NCBI GenBank assembly: GCA_964016885.1
Contig: OZ024741.1
Span: forward strand, 216,194,001-216,258,000
Direction of reading: 5' to 3'
Origin: Eledone cirrhosa
Taxonomy: Eukaryota
Length of the DNA: 64,000 bases
Shown here: positions 51,691 to 64,000 of the stretch, piece by piece
Numbering within the stretch: the stretch's first letter is position 1
How the letters are laid out: every line of letters starts with the position of its first letter
Notes under the pieces: model-generated
The model's database searches: none
What the model was told of the DNA's origin: nothing
What the model saw: only the letters and a program-made list of their open reading frames with translations
Program-made: the position numbers and the translations under genes

Positions 51691-53287
51691 CTGTCAGGTT
51701 TGAAATAATGCCCTAGAAACGCTGCATGTAAATACGTCTCTCCTACGACTCCCTCGGGAGTTACAGGACCTTACATACCCTTCATATTTATCTAAAAAAA
51801 AATATTCCATCATAATTTCATGTTAGAACATGTTTAAGTTATGTTCCAGCCACCATCTTAACGATGAAAGAAATTAATTATATTACTAAATCACAGCAAA
51901 TTCTTGATTAGTTTCAAACATTTTTTTGCAACAAATACAGTAATAAAGAGGTTAATATGATTATATATTTATTAAAAAAAAAAAACTTCCATCATAATTC
52001 TATGTATGAACATTTGTTAAATAATGTTTCAGAGACCAGCTTGCAAATCAAACTTTACGTTACTAAATTCTTCCAGATCCTTGAATATTTTTTTTAAAAT
52101 TATAAATATGGTAAGAAGTTGGTTGAAGCACTGGTGTTCCTTTATTCAATATATCCGTGTGATTTCCACCAGAGGCTTGGCTGAAGCGACAGGGAGAATA
52201 TTTATACGTCATCTTCGTACGACGTTCGAACAGGCTTTTTCGTGAGCACTAAAATTATTTGGTAAGTTTATCATAGACAGACTGTCAGATTTATAGGCAA
52301 ATTTCTAGCTAATTCTCTGGTTATATTCTTCTAGCTAACTTAGCAGTATAAGGTTTGAAGAAGAATATTTTAAACAGAAGCATTAATAGACGTCAGATGT
52401 GTCATTGCAGCAAGGGAGGCAACATAATAAAGCAGTCGTTAAAACGTAAGAAATTCTCTTTAAACGTGGTTTTATAAATAAGGAAATATTCAGTGTAGCG
52501 AAACCGAAGCTAGAATCCGATGGAATCACACTTCAAACTGAGATTAAAATTAATTCAATGAATGTCAGACGATACAAGCCAAACGGAATTGTAATAGAAA
52601 TAAAAAAAAGAGGTTTAAGTAACAACGAACAAGTCTGTGTGTGACGGACTTCCATTGGTTTTGACGATGAGTAATCTAGGTTTTTGAGCCTGAATGAATA
52701 CCGCAAAGCATTATCTAACTCGAAAATATAGAATAGCCAAGTGAACCACGGTGGAAGAGTCAAAATGAATACAGCAAAATAATCTTCCCGATGGCCCTAA
52801 GGCCTTTGCAATCCGCTGATTTCATATCCTACCTTAATACACCGAGGTGTGATTTATACTATATACTTTAGCTAATCAACATTCTTTTTAAAATACACGA
52901 GATGAGATAAAAGGTTTTCCAAATTTTGCAGTTGTTAGATGGCTGAATTAAATGCTTGGGTGTTTGTTGTGCATCACGGCGCTCTGGGTTCTAATTTCAC
53001 TACGATCAACATTACCTTCCATCCTTTCTGGGTCAAGAAATAAAGTAACAATGCAGGAGTCAGAACTGTTAAGAATCGGAGGGTTATCCTTTGCGGTATC
53101 TTATCAGGCGCTGTGTGTTTTGAGTTAAAACCCAGCTTCTTCTGCCAAGAGGTAGTATCAGCTTTGGAAAGTCCAAGATCAGCTCCTTTCTTTTCCTTTT
53201 TATATCAGCTTTCTTTCTCTGAAAAAAGTTCTTAAATCTATGTCAGTTACTGAAGCTGCTACAAACGAGACAATAGCATAGCTAACC

Positions 53288-53782
53288 CACGTTATGATGG
53301 AAGTATAAAGGAACTTACGTTGAAAACATGCTGAACGTTATGTTATAAATGTGAAAGAAGTTATGATGGAAGAAAAAAAACTATGCCGTATATTTAAAAG
53401 AAAATTGGATAAAAATATAAGGAAACTTACGATGGAAATATGAGAGAAACTATGACATAAATATGATGAAAGATGTGCCATAAGTGTGAGAGGAGTTATG
53501 ATGGAAATACAAGAGAAGAGATGTCGTAAATATAAGAAAGGTTATGATGGATACATGAGAGAAGATATGACGTCAATATGACAGAGCTTATGCCATAAAT
53601 GTGAGAGAAATTGTGATGAAAATATGAGAAGCGATATCGTAAATATGAGAAAGTTTATGAAGGAAATATGAGAGAAGTTTTTACGAAAATGTGAAAAAGG
53701 TTATGATGGAAATATGAGAGAATCTATGTCGTAAATATGAGAGAAGTTATGATGGAAATATGACGGAAATATGATGGAAATT
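53288..53782. repeat. Degenerate ~20/41-bp minisatellite (GTTATGATGGAAATATGAGAGAA-like)
   Basis: Recurrent motif seen directly. Confidence 0.75.
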
Positions 53783-54461
53783 AAATATTGAAACCTAATT
53801 CTATTAACTGTTTCAGCATACATTGTATATAAAAGTTAAGAAGCTTTCCTTAAGAACGTCAACTAGTAATCTCACTTTCCCTCTCTCTTATATATATAAA
53901 TATATATATATGTGTGTACGTGTGTGTGTGTGTCTGTGTGTGCCTGTGTCTGTGTGTGTCTGTGTGTGAGTGTGTGTGTATGTGTGTGTTGTGGGGGGGG
54001 GGGGTAGGGGGTCTGTAATCTTGATCAACACTTTAATGAATTGTCATTGTAGATATTACCATAGTTCGATATTTGATTTTGCTAACATTGGTAGACTACA
54101 CTACTTATGATTTATATCTGCTTTTTTTTTTATATTGCAGCTTAAAGAAAAACGGGGAGATAACTCATCAAAGTGAAAAGGTCAAAGAAATAATAGTCAA
54201 GCAATAAATTATCTAGAAAGAAACTAATCAGAAGAAAACGAGGTCAGGTTACCAAATATAAACAATACTTACAAATAATACCAATCTCAATTACTAAAAG
54301 ACGAAATATTCTTTTCTTATTGTATTGGTATCAGCCATTAGAAAACGTCCAATGCTAGCGTACCTCCTTGAAAGGATTTGGGAGATAACATATATATATG
54401 TATGTATACATGTGTATAAAAAGATAAAGAGAAATAGAGAAATATATATGTGTGTGCATGG

Positions 54462-54498
<37 letters not shown>

Positions 54499-54547
54499 CT
54501 ATACATATATATATATATATTTGTGTGTGTCTGTGTATGTGTGTATT

Positions 54548-54591
<44 letters not shown>

Positions 54592-54834
54592 TGTGTGTGT
54601 GTATATTTATATATGTATATATATAGGAGGGTACATATATATATATTATATATATATATATATATAAAAATGTAATCTGAGTTTTTCGAATATTAATAAT
54701 AATATTCGATTCTTTTGCAATTATGCAAACAGCCTCTTTTAAGCCATGTCAGTAGAATGAGCACCTCATTCTTGCTCTTGTGTTGGCATGTAAACAAAAT
54801 CGCACACTAATTATTTCATTGTATATATCATTTC

Positions 54835-55178
54835 ATTATATATATTTCGAAGTTGACTTTGCCTTTCATCCTTACGGGGTCGATAAAATAAAGTACCAGT
54901 AATGCACTGGGTAATTGCTGGCCTTGTGCCTAAAGTAGAAACAATTATATATATTTCGAGGTTAACTTTGCCTTTCATCCTTACGGGGTCGATAAAATAA
55001 AGTACCAGTAATGCACTGGGTAATTGCTGGCCTTGTGCCTAAAGTAGAAACAATTATATATATTTCGAGGTTAACTTTGCCTTTCATCCTTACGGGGTCG
55101 ATAAAATAAAGTACCAGTAATGCACTGGGTAATTGCTGGCCTTGTGCATAAAGTAGAAACAATTATATATATTTCGAA
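54835..55178 (+). repeat. Three tandem ~110-bp copies of the SINE 3' half
   Basis: Near-identical units tttcgaggttaactttgcc...gaaacaattatatata. Confidence 0.9.
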
Positions 55179-55438
55179 GATGTAAAGTTTTATGTATAAC
55201 ATAAATCAAAACATGGTCCTCCTCAGACAAAATACAAAGAAGATGTATACTTTTTTTCATATGCTGGTAGACAAACGAGCTGGACAGATGGGTGACCACA
55301 AAGCATATGACTAGATAAAACTCAACACATAAGGGGGTTACGTGACTGGGAGAAAACATTACAGTTGGTTTAAACGTTTAATAAATTATTTAAATTATAG
55401 CGAAATTAGATTGGTCAGCGTATGTGTCTGTCTATATA

Positions 55439-55560
55439 TACGAGGTGTGTCAGAAAAGTTCCACAAAAGATTTATTTCAAACCCAAACTTCACACTAAGG
55501 GTTTTCTCCTTCAAAGTAATCCCCCTGGAGTATGTAACTGTAATCTTAGCTCCCTGCAGC
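55439..55560 (+). mobile_element. Mariner-like terminal remnant
   Basis: TA|CGAGGTGTGTCAGAAAAGTTCC start and CTTCAAAGTAATCCCC internal motif. Confidence 0.45.
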
Positions 55561-55587
55561 GATGAAATTTTTTCTTCATAATCTCTT

Positions 55588-56451
<864 letters not shown>

Positions 56452-56456
56452 GAGAG

Positions 56457-59400
56457 ATTTCTTTATTTGCCACAGGGGCGCACAAGAAAAGGGGATAATA
56501 CAAAGACATGCCGGGGATTTTACATACAGTCGTGTAAAAAATATAAAAACAAACAATTACAACAATCGAAATCCCCAATACGGGTGAGGCGCCACAAATG
56601 GGTTGTTTAATACCCCGTCGAAAGAACAACCCTCAACTCCAGGAGCGTGTTGTGCAATTGCTCCGTTCTTTCTTTTGCTCTCTTCTTCAACCTACAGGCT
56701 TATAAACAGAGAAGGTCCAATCACTCGGGCCATTTTCGCTTATTTCACCCACCTTTCAGTAAATTTACTGGGGTGCAGTGCTTCTCTCTCCACTCTGAGT
56801 CTCCTTCTAAAGTGATACTTAAAGAAGGGAATCAATTGTTGTCCGGAGAGAAAGGCATCTGTCCTCAGTCCTCTTAATCTCGTCCACCATAAAACATCTT
56901 TCACCATAGCCACCGTACAGAGGAAAACCGCCTCTCTTTCGTTTTTGAAAGAGGCTGGCGGTTTGATCCTTAGTATTGACTCGGCAGACAACTGGATTTG
57001 TCCCATACGCGACAGCAGTTGTTCTGCATAGTTCCACAGGTCGCTTACGCCCGGGAGGTGTACAATTGCGTGCAGGACTGTTTCAATGTCCTGCGCGCAT
57101 CTTGGACACGTCATCTTGGAAGGATCCCTGCCGGGGCGTCCGTGCTTGTAGCTCTTGTCACGAACCAGTAGAGCTCCTCGGTAGCACTGCCAGGCCAGGG
57201 ACCCCTGGAAGTTGTCCATAGGTCCCGGGTGGAAAGTCCTACCAAACAGACTGGTGAGCTCATCGTCTTCGACGACCAGAGTCTCTCCGAGCACATCGTC
57301 GCCCTTGTAACATACAATCATTCTATAGAACGTCGAAGTGGAGTCTCCACTGATTGCTGCGCCCGCTTGCCAGAGGACTGTGAGCGTCTGAGCGCATTCA
57401 ATGTGCCAGGCGCCCATCGTTTTCGGTCTTTTCTTCACCCAGGACTGCAGCTCCGTCAGCGAGACGAGCTGTGGGAAAGCCTGTCTCACAAACGGTGCCC
57501 ACAGCGGTTGGGGTCGGTGAGGAATACCTGTAGGTGCCGCAGCCTCAGCGCATGTTTGCGCATCATCAGCCACGGCATTCCCTGCCTTCCGTTGGAAGGG
57601 TGCTGACAGCAGACGGATCTCCTCACCAGCGGAGCCTGCTTCTTCCACAGAAACTGGAAGAGCATGCGTTCCATCTTGGCGAGGTGTTCACGGGGACAAG
57701 GCACAACAGTCAAGCGGTAGTAGATGTCGGACGCTATGAAAGTGTTTTCCACCTCCGCTCGACCTTTCAAGGACAGTTTGCACTCTGCCCACTTCTGGGT
57801 GAGTGTAAACACCTTAGCTGTGACCTCGTTCCAGTTTTTCTCCACCTGGAGGTCTGGACCGAACCAGACCCCGAGTAATTTCACCGGTCCGTCCGTCCAA
57901 CGTCCAACGACGCTGTCGGACGTCATCGGTTTGCCTCTCCACGTACCGAGTTGCAAACCGACAGACTTGTTCGGGTTTAGTTTTGCTCCCGTCAGCGTTT
58001 CGTTTTCTTTCAGTAAGTTGCCGATCACCCCGATTTCCGAGGTGTTCGACACCATTACCGTCACGTAGTCGGATTCCCACTTTGCGCAGTCCCGGTTCTA
58101 GAGGGATGCCCTGCAACAGCTCCAATTTCAGCAGTAGTGGCTCTAGAGTCAATACATACAGAGAGGGCACCCTTGTCAAATGGAACGCATGATTGCGAAC
58201 GGCTCCGATAGGTAGCCGTTCACCTTGACCCTCGAGCAGATGCTGGTGTGCATCGCCTCGATCCAGCCTCTGAACACGGGACCGAAACCGGCCGCCTTGA
58301 GAACCGCTTCCAAGTATCGATGGTCGACCCTATTGAATGCCTTAGACTGATCCAAATTGATCAGAGCCCCACTGAAGCCGGGTTTACTACCCACCCTCTC
58401 TATGATGTATCGCATGAGGTGGAGGTTGTCGTGTATGGACCTGGTCGGGATTGCACACGTTTGCGCTTTCCCTACCAGGTTCTCGACAACAAGCGCCAAC
58501 CTCGTCGCTAGCACCTTGGCCAAAATCTTTAACTCTGTCCTGAGCAGAGTTATGGGCCTGAAGTTGTTAATTTCGTCCCCCTTGTTCTCGTCTTTCCTGA
58601 TCAGCGTTACTACGCCCTTGCCTGCAGAACTGGGAATTTTTCCGTTCTGCTGCCAATTGCAGTAGACGGCTTCGAGGACGCCAGAGAACAAGTCCCGCAT
58701 GCCTATGTAAAACTCATAGAGTAGACCATCTAGACCGGGTGACTTGCGTTTCCCGCAGCGGCCCAGAGCGTCCCGTATCTCAGTGTCCGTGATCGGTCTT
58801 TCGCAGAACTCGGCGTCCGTGTTCGAGAGACGCGGCAGGCCGTCTAGGTATGAACCTAGACGGCCTGTCGTTAGGCTCACCGTCGTTCTGCTCAAACATT
58901 CGCGCAAAGTGCTGCTGAAAGGCCGCGCGCATTTGCTTGTGGTCAAGTAGCATGCTTTCAAAGACGGAATCATGGACTTGCTGCCACTTTTTGCCTCTGC
59001 CACTCGGGCTCAGCTGACAGCTTTCGCTCCTTCGTTTCCTAGAGCACGTGTTTTGCTCCTGACCACGCAGCCTTCGTGTTTCGCATCGAAGAACTGGTCC
59101 AGTGCCGTTCTCGACGCTAACACTCTAGCCGCGTTGAAGTGTCTAAGTGCCTCCTCTACCTTGACTACTAGTTCTCTTTCTAGTTTCTTTTTCTCTAAGG
59201 CTAACTCTCTGCCAAACCCTATCAATTCTATTCTAATTGCTTTCTTGAGAGAGTACCACCATCTATTGTTGACGATGGCTCCCGTTAACTGTTGCTTGAC
59301 TAGTCTACATATCCATTCACTGTAAGCTTTACGTGCCGGCAACGACACGTTCAGCTTCCAGTATCCGGGTCCTTGTTTATGTGTTCTATCACGGTTGACT

Positions 59401-62269
59401 AAGCAGACGATTAATTTGTGATCTGAATAGGCAACCATGTGCATTCGTGGACATCTTAACATCTCCTTGTCCCTTTCTCTAATGAAGAACCTATCTAAAT
59501 ACGATCTAGATGTCTCGCTGCGGTTTGCCCACGTCCACTGTGGTGCAGTCGGGAAATCCAGTCGATACCTATCGGCCAGTGGGAATCGGCCGATTAAAGT
59601 TTTGAGGCTGTTGCACCCCCTCTACTGGGACATGCTCCCACATAGTCCCATCGTGCATCTAGGATACCATTCCAGTCCCCCACTAAAAGTAAGGAGCGAG
59701 ACGTTCCCAGAAAAGACTCTAGACGCTTAAAGAAGTCTGGCCGTGATTGCGATTGCCCGGTCGGGGCATAAACGGCCACCAGTCTGAAGGCTCCAGCTCC
59801 AATACTGTTCACGTCTAGGACTACCAGTCTACCCTCCGGCTCCAAGTGTACTTGCTGTACTTCGACGTCCAGGTTCTTCCGAAACATGACAGCCACTCCA
59901 CCTCCACCTCCTGGCTGACAGAGAGATGCGTAGATCTCAAAGTCGTCGAAGATGGGGGTTAGTTGCTGCCTGTTGAGGATCCTGGACTCGGTGATAGCTA
60001 TCACATCCATACAGTGTGACCTAAGGTCGTTTAAAAGTTGGCCCTGTTTCCAGGGCATCCCTAGGCCACGCACATTCACGCTTCCAACTCGTAAACTATC
60101 CATGTTGGTGAAGAAGAGTTGGAGAAAAAGGACGAAAGGTGCACTTACCTTTTCGTTTCCTGGAGATCGGGTTGTTCAATCTCCATTTGGGTGCTGTATG
60201 GGGTGTTGGGTGGGGTGGAGATACATTTTAACAGGACGCGGTTGATGGGTTTCTGGCAGGGGTTGCCCACGTCCTGTGAAAATTTATTTTTCAGGTCATT
60301 ATAGGTTTCCATAGAAACCCTTATAAGTTTAAGGTGTGGAGACGATTCTGCCTTGATGAAAGTTTTGCCCTCCGTCTCCACCTTGGGGTTTTGGGAGATG
60401 ACCTCCATCAAACTCTTGTTTGTGTTGATGTATGCGTATTGTTGTTTGTGTTTTTGTTGTGTTGTTTTAGTTTGTTGTTCGTCCGGGAGTTTTCTTTTTA
60501 TGGTGGGTGCTTGTGTTTGGGGTTGTGTTGGTGTTGGTTTTGCTGATAGGGGGATGTTTGACTGTGGTGTTGTTTGTGTTGTTGTTTGTGTCTGTGGTTG
60601 TGTGTTTTTGTTGGTGATTGGAGTTATGGAGGTTTTGTGGTGTCTCTTTTTTTGTTTTTTAGATTTCCGCGGCTCTCCCTCTTCTTCACTTAAAGAAGGA
60701 GAAGCAGCTTCATCCGTCGATGAATAATCATCGTCAGGTGTGTGGGGTAGGGGTATGTTGTGTGCTGGTGTTGTTTCGGTGTGTGTGTTTGTGGTAATTT
60801 TTGATGGAGTGGGATGGAGTGGGGCTGTGTTCTTTAGGGGTGTCGCCTCAGTTTTTTTGTGTTGTTGTTGGTTAAGCGTCTCTTTGTTTTGGTGTGGTTG
60901 CTCGTTTCGTCTGCCGTTGTACTTGTGGTGGTGGTTGTTGTTTTGGTGTTGGTGGTGGTAATAGTGTTTTTTTAATGATGTTGTTGTTGTGTGTTTGTGA
61001 AGGACAAGAGGCTTTTAGGTGTGCTGTGCTACCACAGCGAAAGCAATGAAATTTTCGTCCTTCTACCGAAATGTTTATTTTGTTGTTATCATCGACGACG
61101 ACTCTTTCGGGTATTTTGGAGATTCTCTCCGACTTCATTTGCAACAGAATCTCCAAATCAGTACCCGCCCACTTTTGTCGAATAGATTTTCGTATTGAAA
61201 GAATCATATCAGTTTCTGGCTCTACAAAGCCAGCCAAGATCCACCAGATGTTAATGTTTGGGGGTATATTTATTTTTATTTTTTGCATCCTTTTTCCCAT
61301 GTATGTAGGTTAAAAGGTGAATGCTTTTGACACCATTGGTGTCATAGAATGTTTTTGGGCGAGTGCCTCGCTTTTAAACAGTACGGAAACATTTCCGTAC
61401 TGTTTTCCTCATTGGAGAAAATCGATATTTGCTAGAATTTCCTTGAAAGTAGCTTCTATATCTGCTTGACTAACAAATATCGGCTTTCTCGTGGAATTGG
61501 ACACAGTCCTAAAGGTGACTGATCTTCGAACTGTGTCTTCCTTTATTTCAAGGTGTTGAGTTAATTCTAAACCCACCTTTCTCTTCGAAAGTTACAAATT
61601 TTCTCCCTTGCTGGAGCATATCTCTTGCTTTGGAGATGTCAAGATTTATAAAATCTTGTTTTTTTGTTCACTGTTTCAGCGAAAGACATTTTCTTTTTTT
61701 GTGTGGTGTTGTTGTTGTTTTTGTTGTTGTTATCGTTGTTAGCCTCGGTGTTGGAAATCTCAGTTTCTTGACGAGGTGAAACTTTATGTGTAGATGTATC
61801 TGTGGCTGTTGTTGATGTTTTTTCATGTGTATGTATGTTAATAGCTTTAATTTCTGTGTTTTCATGTGAATTAGTGTTATTATTCTCCGCTTCGACGGTA
61901 GAAATTGTACAATTTTCGAATGGTAACATATTTTCCTCTTTGTTGACAGTCGTATCTATGCCGACGTCCATAGTATCAGAAGCAGATATAACGTTAAATC
62001 TGCCTCTCTCTCTCTCTTTTCTCTATTGACGTTCTCCAGCGTTCCCTTCGTGTTATTCATGTTTTATAGTTTGCAAAATTTGATATTTTAAAACAATTTC
62101 TAAATTAAATTTTCGTCCCTAAAGGGGCGATAAATGGAATTACCACCCAGCTGACAATTCAGTTTGAGGGTTAATATACAAAATAATATGTTTTCTTCAA
62201 AAAATTTGTTTTGTTTTTCGTATATAAATTTACAAAAAAATCTTACCGGCGATGTTCCACGCGTCAGGC
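56457..62269 (-). mobile_element. Full-length Tx1/L1-clade LINE (5' UTR, ORF1 with CCHC knuckle, ORF2 APE-RT-zf), degraded
   Basis: ORF1 pieces 61639-61971, 60872-61300 (CFRCGSTAHLKASC) and 60145-60411. ORF2 starts at ATG 60103 (MDSLRVGSVNVRGL). RT and zf-RVT motifs follow; multiple frameshifts. Confidence 0.95.
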
Positions 62270-62355
<86 letters not shown>

Positions 62356-62357
<2 letters not shown>

Positions 62358-64000
62358 TTCTTTATTAGCCACAGGGGCACAAAAGAAGGGGACAAATACA
62401 AAGGGGGAAGTTTACATACAATAAAAACGTGTAAAATGTTATCACAGATGGAATTTAAAAGTTAGTCGATTTTCCCCAATAGAGGGAGACAGTTTATATG
62501 GGTAACACATACCCCCGAAAAAAAATGTGCAACCCTCATCTCCAGGAGTACGAAGAGCTTGTACTCCTTTCCTCTCCTCCTCCTTTTCCTCAACCTACAG
62601 GCTGATATAGAGAGAAGGCCCATTCACTCGGGCCATTCTCGCCACTTTCACCCACCTTTCATAAAACTTGCTGGGATACAGCACCTCTCTCTCCATCCTG
62701 ATTCTTCTTCCAAAGTGGTATTTGAAAAAAAGAATCAGTTGTTGGCTGGAGAGAAAGGTGTCTGACCTCAGCCCTTTCAACCTTGTCCACCATACAACCT
62801 CTTTCGCCATAGCTATCACACAAAGGAAAACCGCCTCTCCTTCGTTTTTGAAGGAGGGTGGCGGTTTGATCATGACAATGAACTCGGTGGTCAACTGGAT
62901 TGGTCCCACCCGCGACAATAGTCGTTCTACATAGCCCCACAGGTCAGTGACGCCCGGGCAGTGTATGAATGCGTGCGCGACGGTTTCTTCGTCTAGCACG
63001 CACCTCGGACAGATCTTTTTTGCAGGGTCCCTGCCCGGGCGCCCATGTCTGTAGAGCTTGTCTCGAACTGGTAGAGCTCCTCGGTAGCACTGCCAGGCCA
63101 GGGACTTTTGGAAGTTGTCCATCGGTCCCGGGCGGAAGGTCCTACCGAACAGACTGGCCAGTTCATCTTCCTCTACGCCTAGAGTTTCACCGACCGCGTC
63201 GTCGCACTTGCTGCGGACCAACCCTCTATAGAATGACGAAGTGGAGTCTCCACTGATCGCCGGGTCCGCCTGCCAGAGGGCTGTGAGCGCCTGAGCACAT
63301 TCGATGTGCCAGTCGCCCATTTTCCTCGGTCTCTCCTTGACCCAGGACTGCAGCTCGGTCAGCGAGACGAGTCGTGGGAAGGCTCGCCTCACGAACGGGG
63401 CCCACACCGGTTGTCCGGTGAGGAATACGTAGAGATGCCGCAGCCTGAGCGCGTGTTTGCGCATCGTCAACCACCGCATCCCCAGACCTCCGTTAGAAAG
63501 GTGTTGGCAGCAGATGGATCTTCTCACCAAAGGAGCCCGCCTCTTCCAAAGGAATCGGAAGAGCGCGCGCTCCATTTTGGCGAGCGTTTTGGCTGGACAA
63601 GGCACGACGGTCAAGCGGTAGTAGATGGCGGACGCTATAAAAGTGTTCGCCACCTCCGCTCGATCTTTCAAGTATAGTTTGCACTCGGCCCACTTCTGGG
63701 TGAGTGCAAACACCTTGGCCGTCACTTCGTTCCAGTTCTTCTCCACCTGGAGGTCCGGACCAAACCAGACCCCGAGCAGCTTTACCGGTCCTTCCGTCCA
63801 GCGTCCGACGACGCCATCGGAAGGCATCGGTCTGCCTCTCCACGTTCCGAGTTGCAAACCGATGGACTTGTCCCGGTTCAGCTTCGCTCCTGTGACAATT
63901 TCGTATTCCTTTAGTAAGGTGCCGACTTCCTCGATTTGCGAGGCGCTCGACACCATTACTATCACGTCGTCGGCGTAGGCCGACGCCGCTTTCGGCAGTT
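62356..64000 (-). mobile_element. Tx1/L1-clade LINE 3' part, continuing beyond the window
   Basis: Open 456-aa RT C-terminus + zf-RVT; YADD encoded at the window edge. Confidence 0.95.

Noticed and set aside
52080-52860. Possible host exon or membrane-protein remnant (ORF 52533-52763)
   Set aside because: Short, no recognisable domain, and stops in the flanks. A BLASTX search would be needed.

Overview
Gene-free, AT-rich, microsatellite-saturated eukaryotic DNA. The SINE family and repeat landscape suggest a cephalopod (Octopus-like), but that is inference. I found no convincing host gene, and almost all long ORFs in the track are translations of microsatellites or minisatellites. The real content is: (i) a 3.9-kb 21-bp minisatellite; (ii) five degraded Penelope-like elements (PLEs; RT + GIY-YIG) of at least three types, one near full length; (iii) four Tx1/L1-clade LINE copies sitting in (GATA)n/(GA)n tracts; (iv) an RTE fragment, a non-autonomous Helitron, mariner/hAT MITEs and tRNA-derived SINEs, including tandem arrays. 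The main hidden signal is a dense set of type I hammerhead ribozymes, read by eye as stem I-CUGANGA-stem II-GAAA-palindromic stem III-UH-stem I. There are about 22 copies from about 11 unrelated sequence families. They are carried by PLE pseudo-LTRs and by small ORF-less fold-back or tandem elements embedded in (TA)n. These include a 430-nt retrozyme-like monomer seen in two permutations and hammerheads with unusually large (49-116 nt) stem II insertions. All ribozyme calls are structural predictions; activity is untested.
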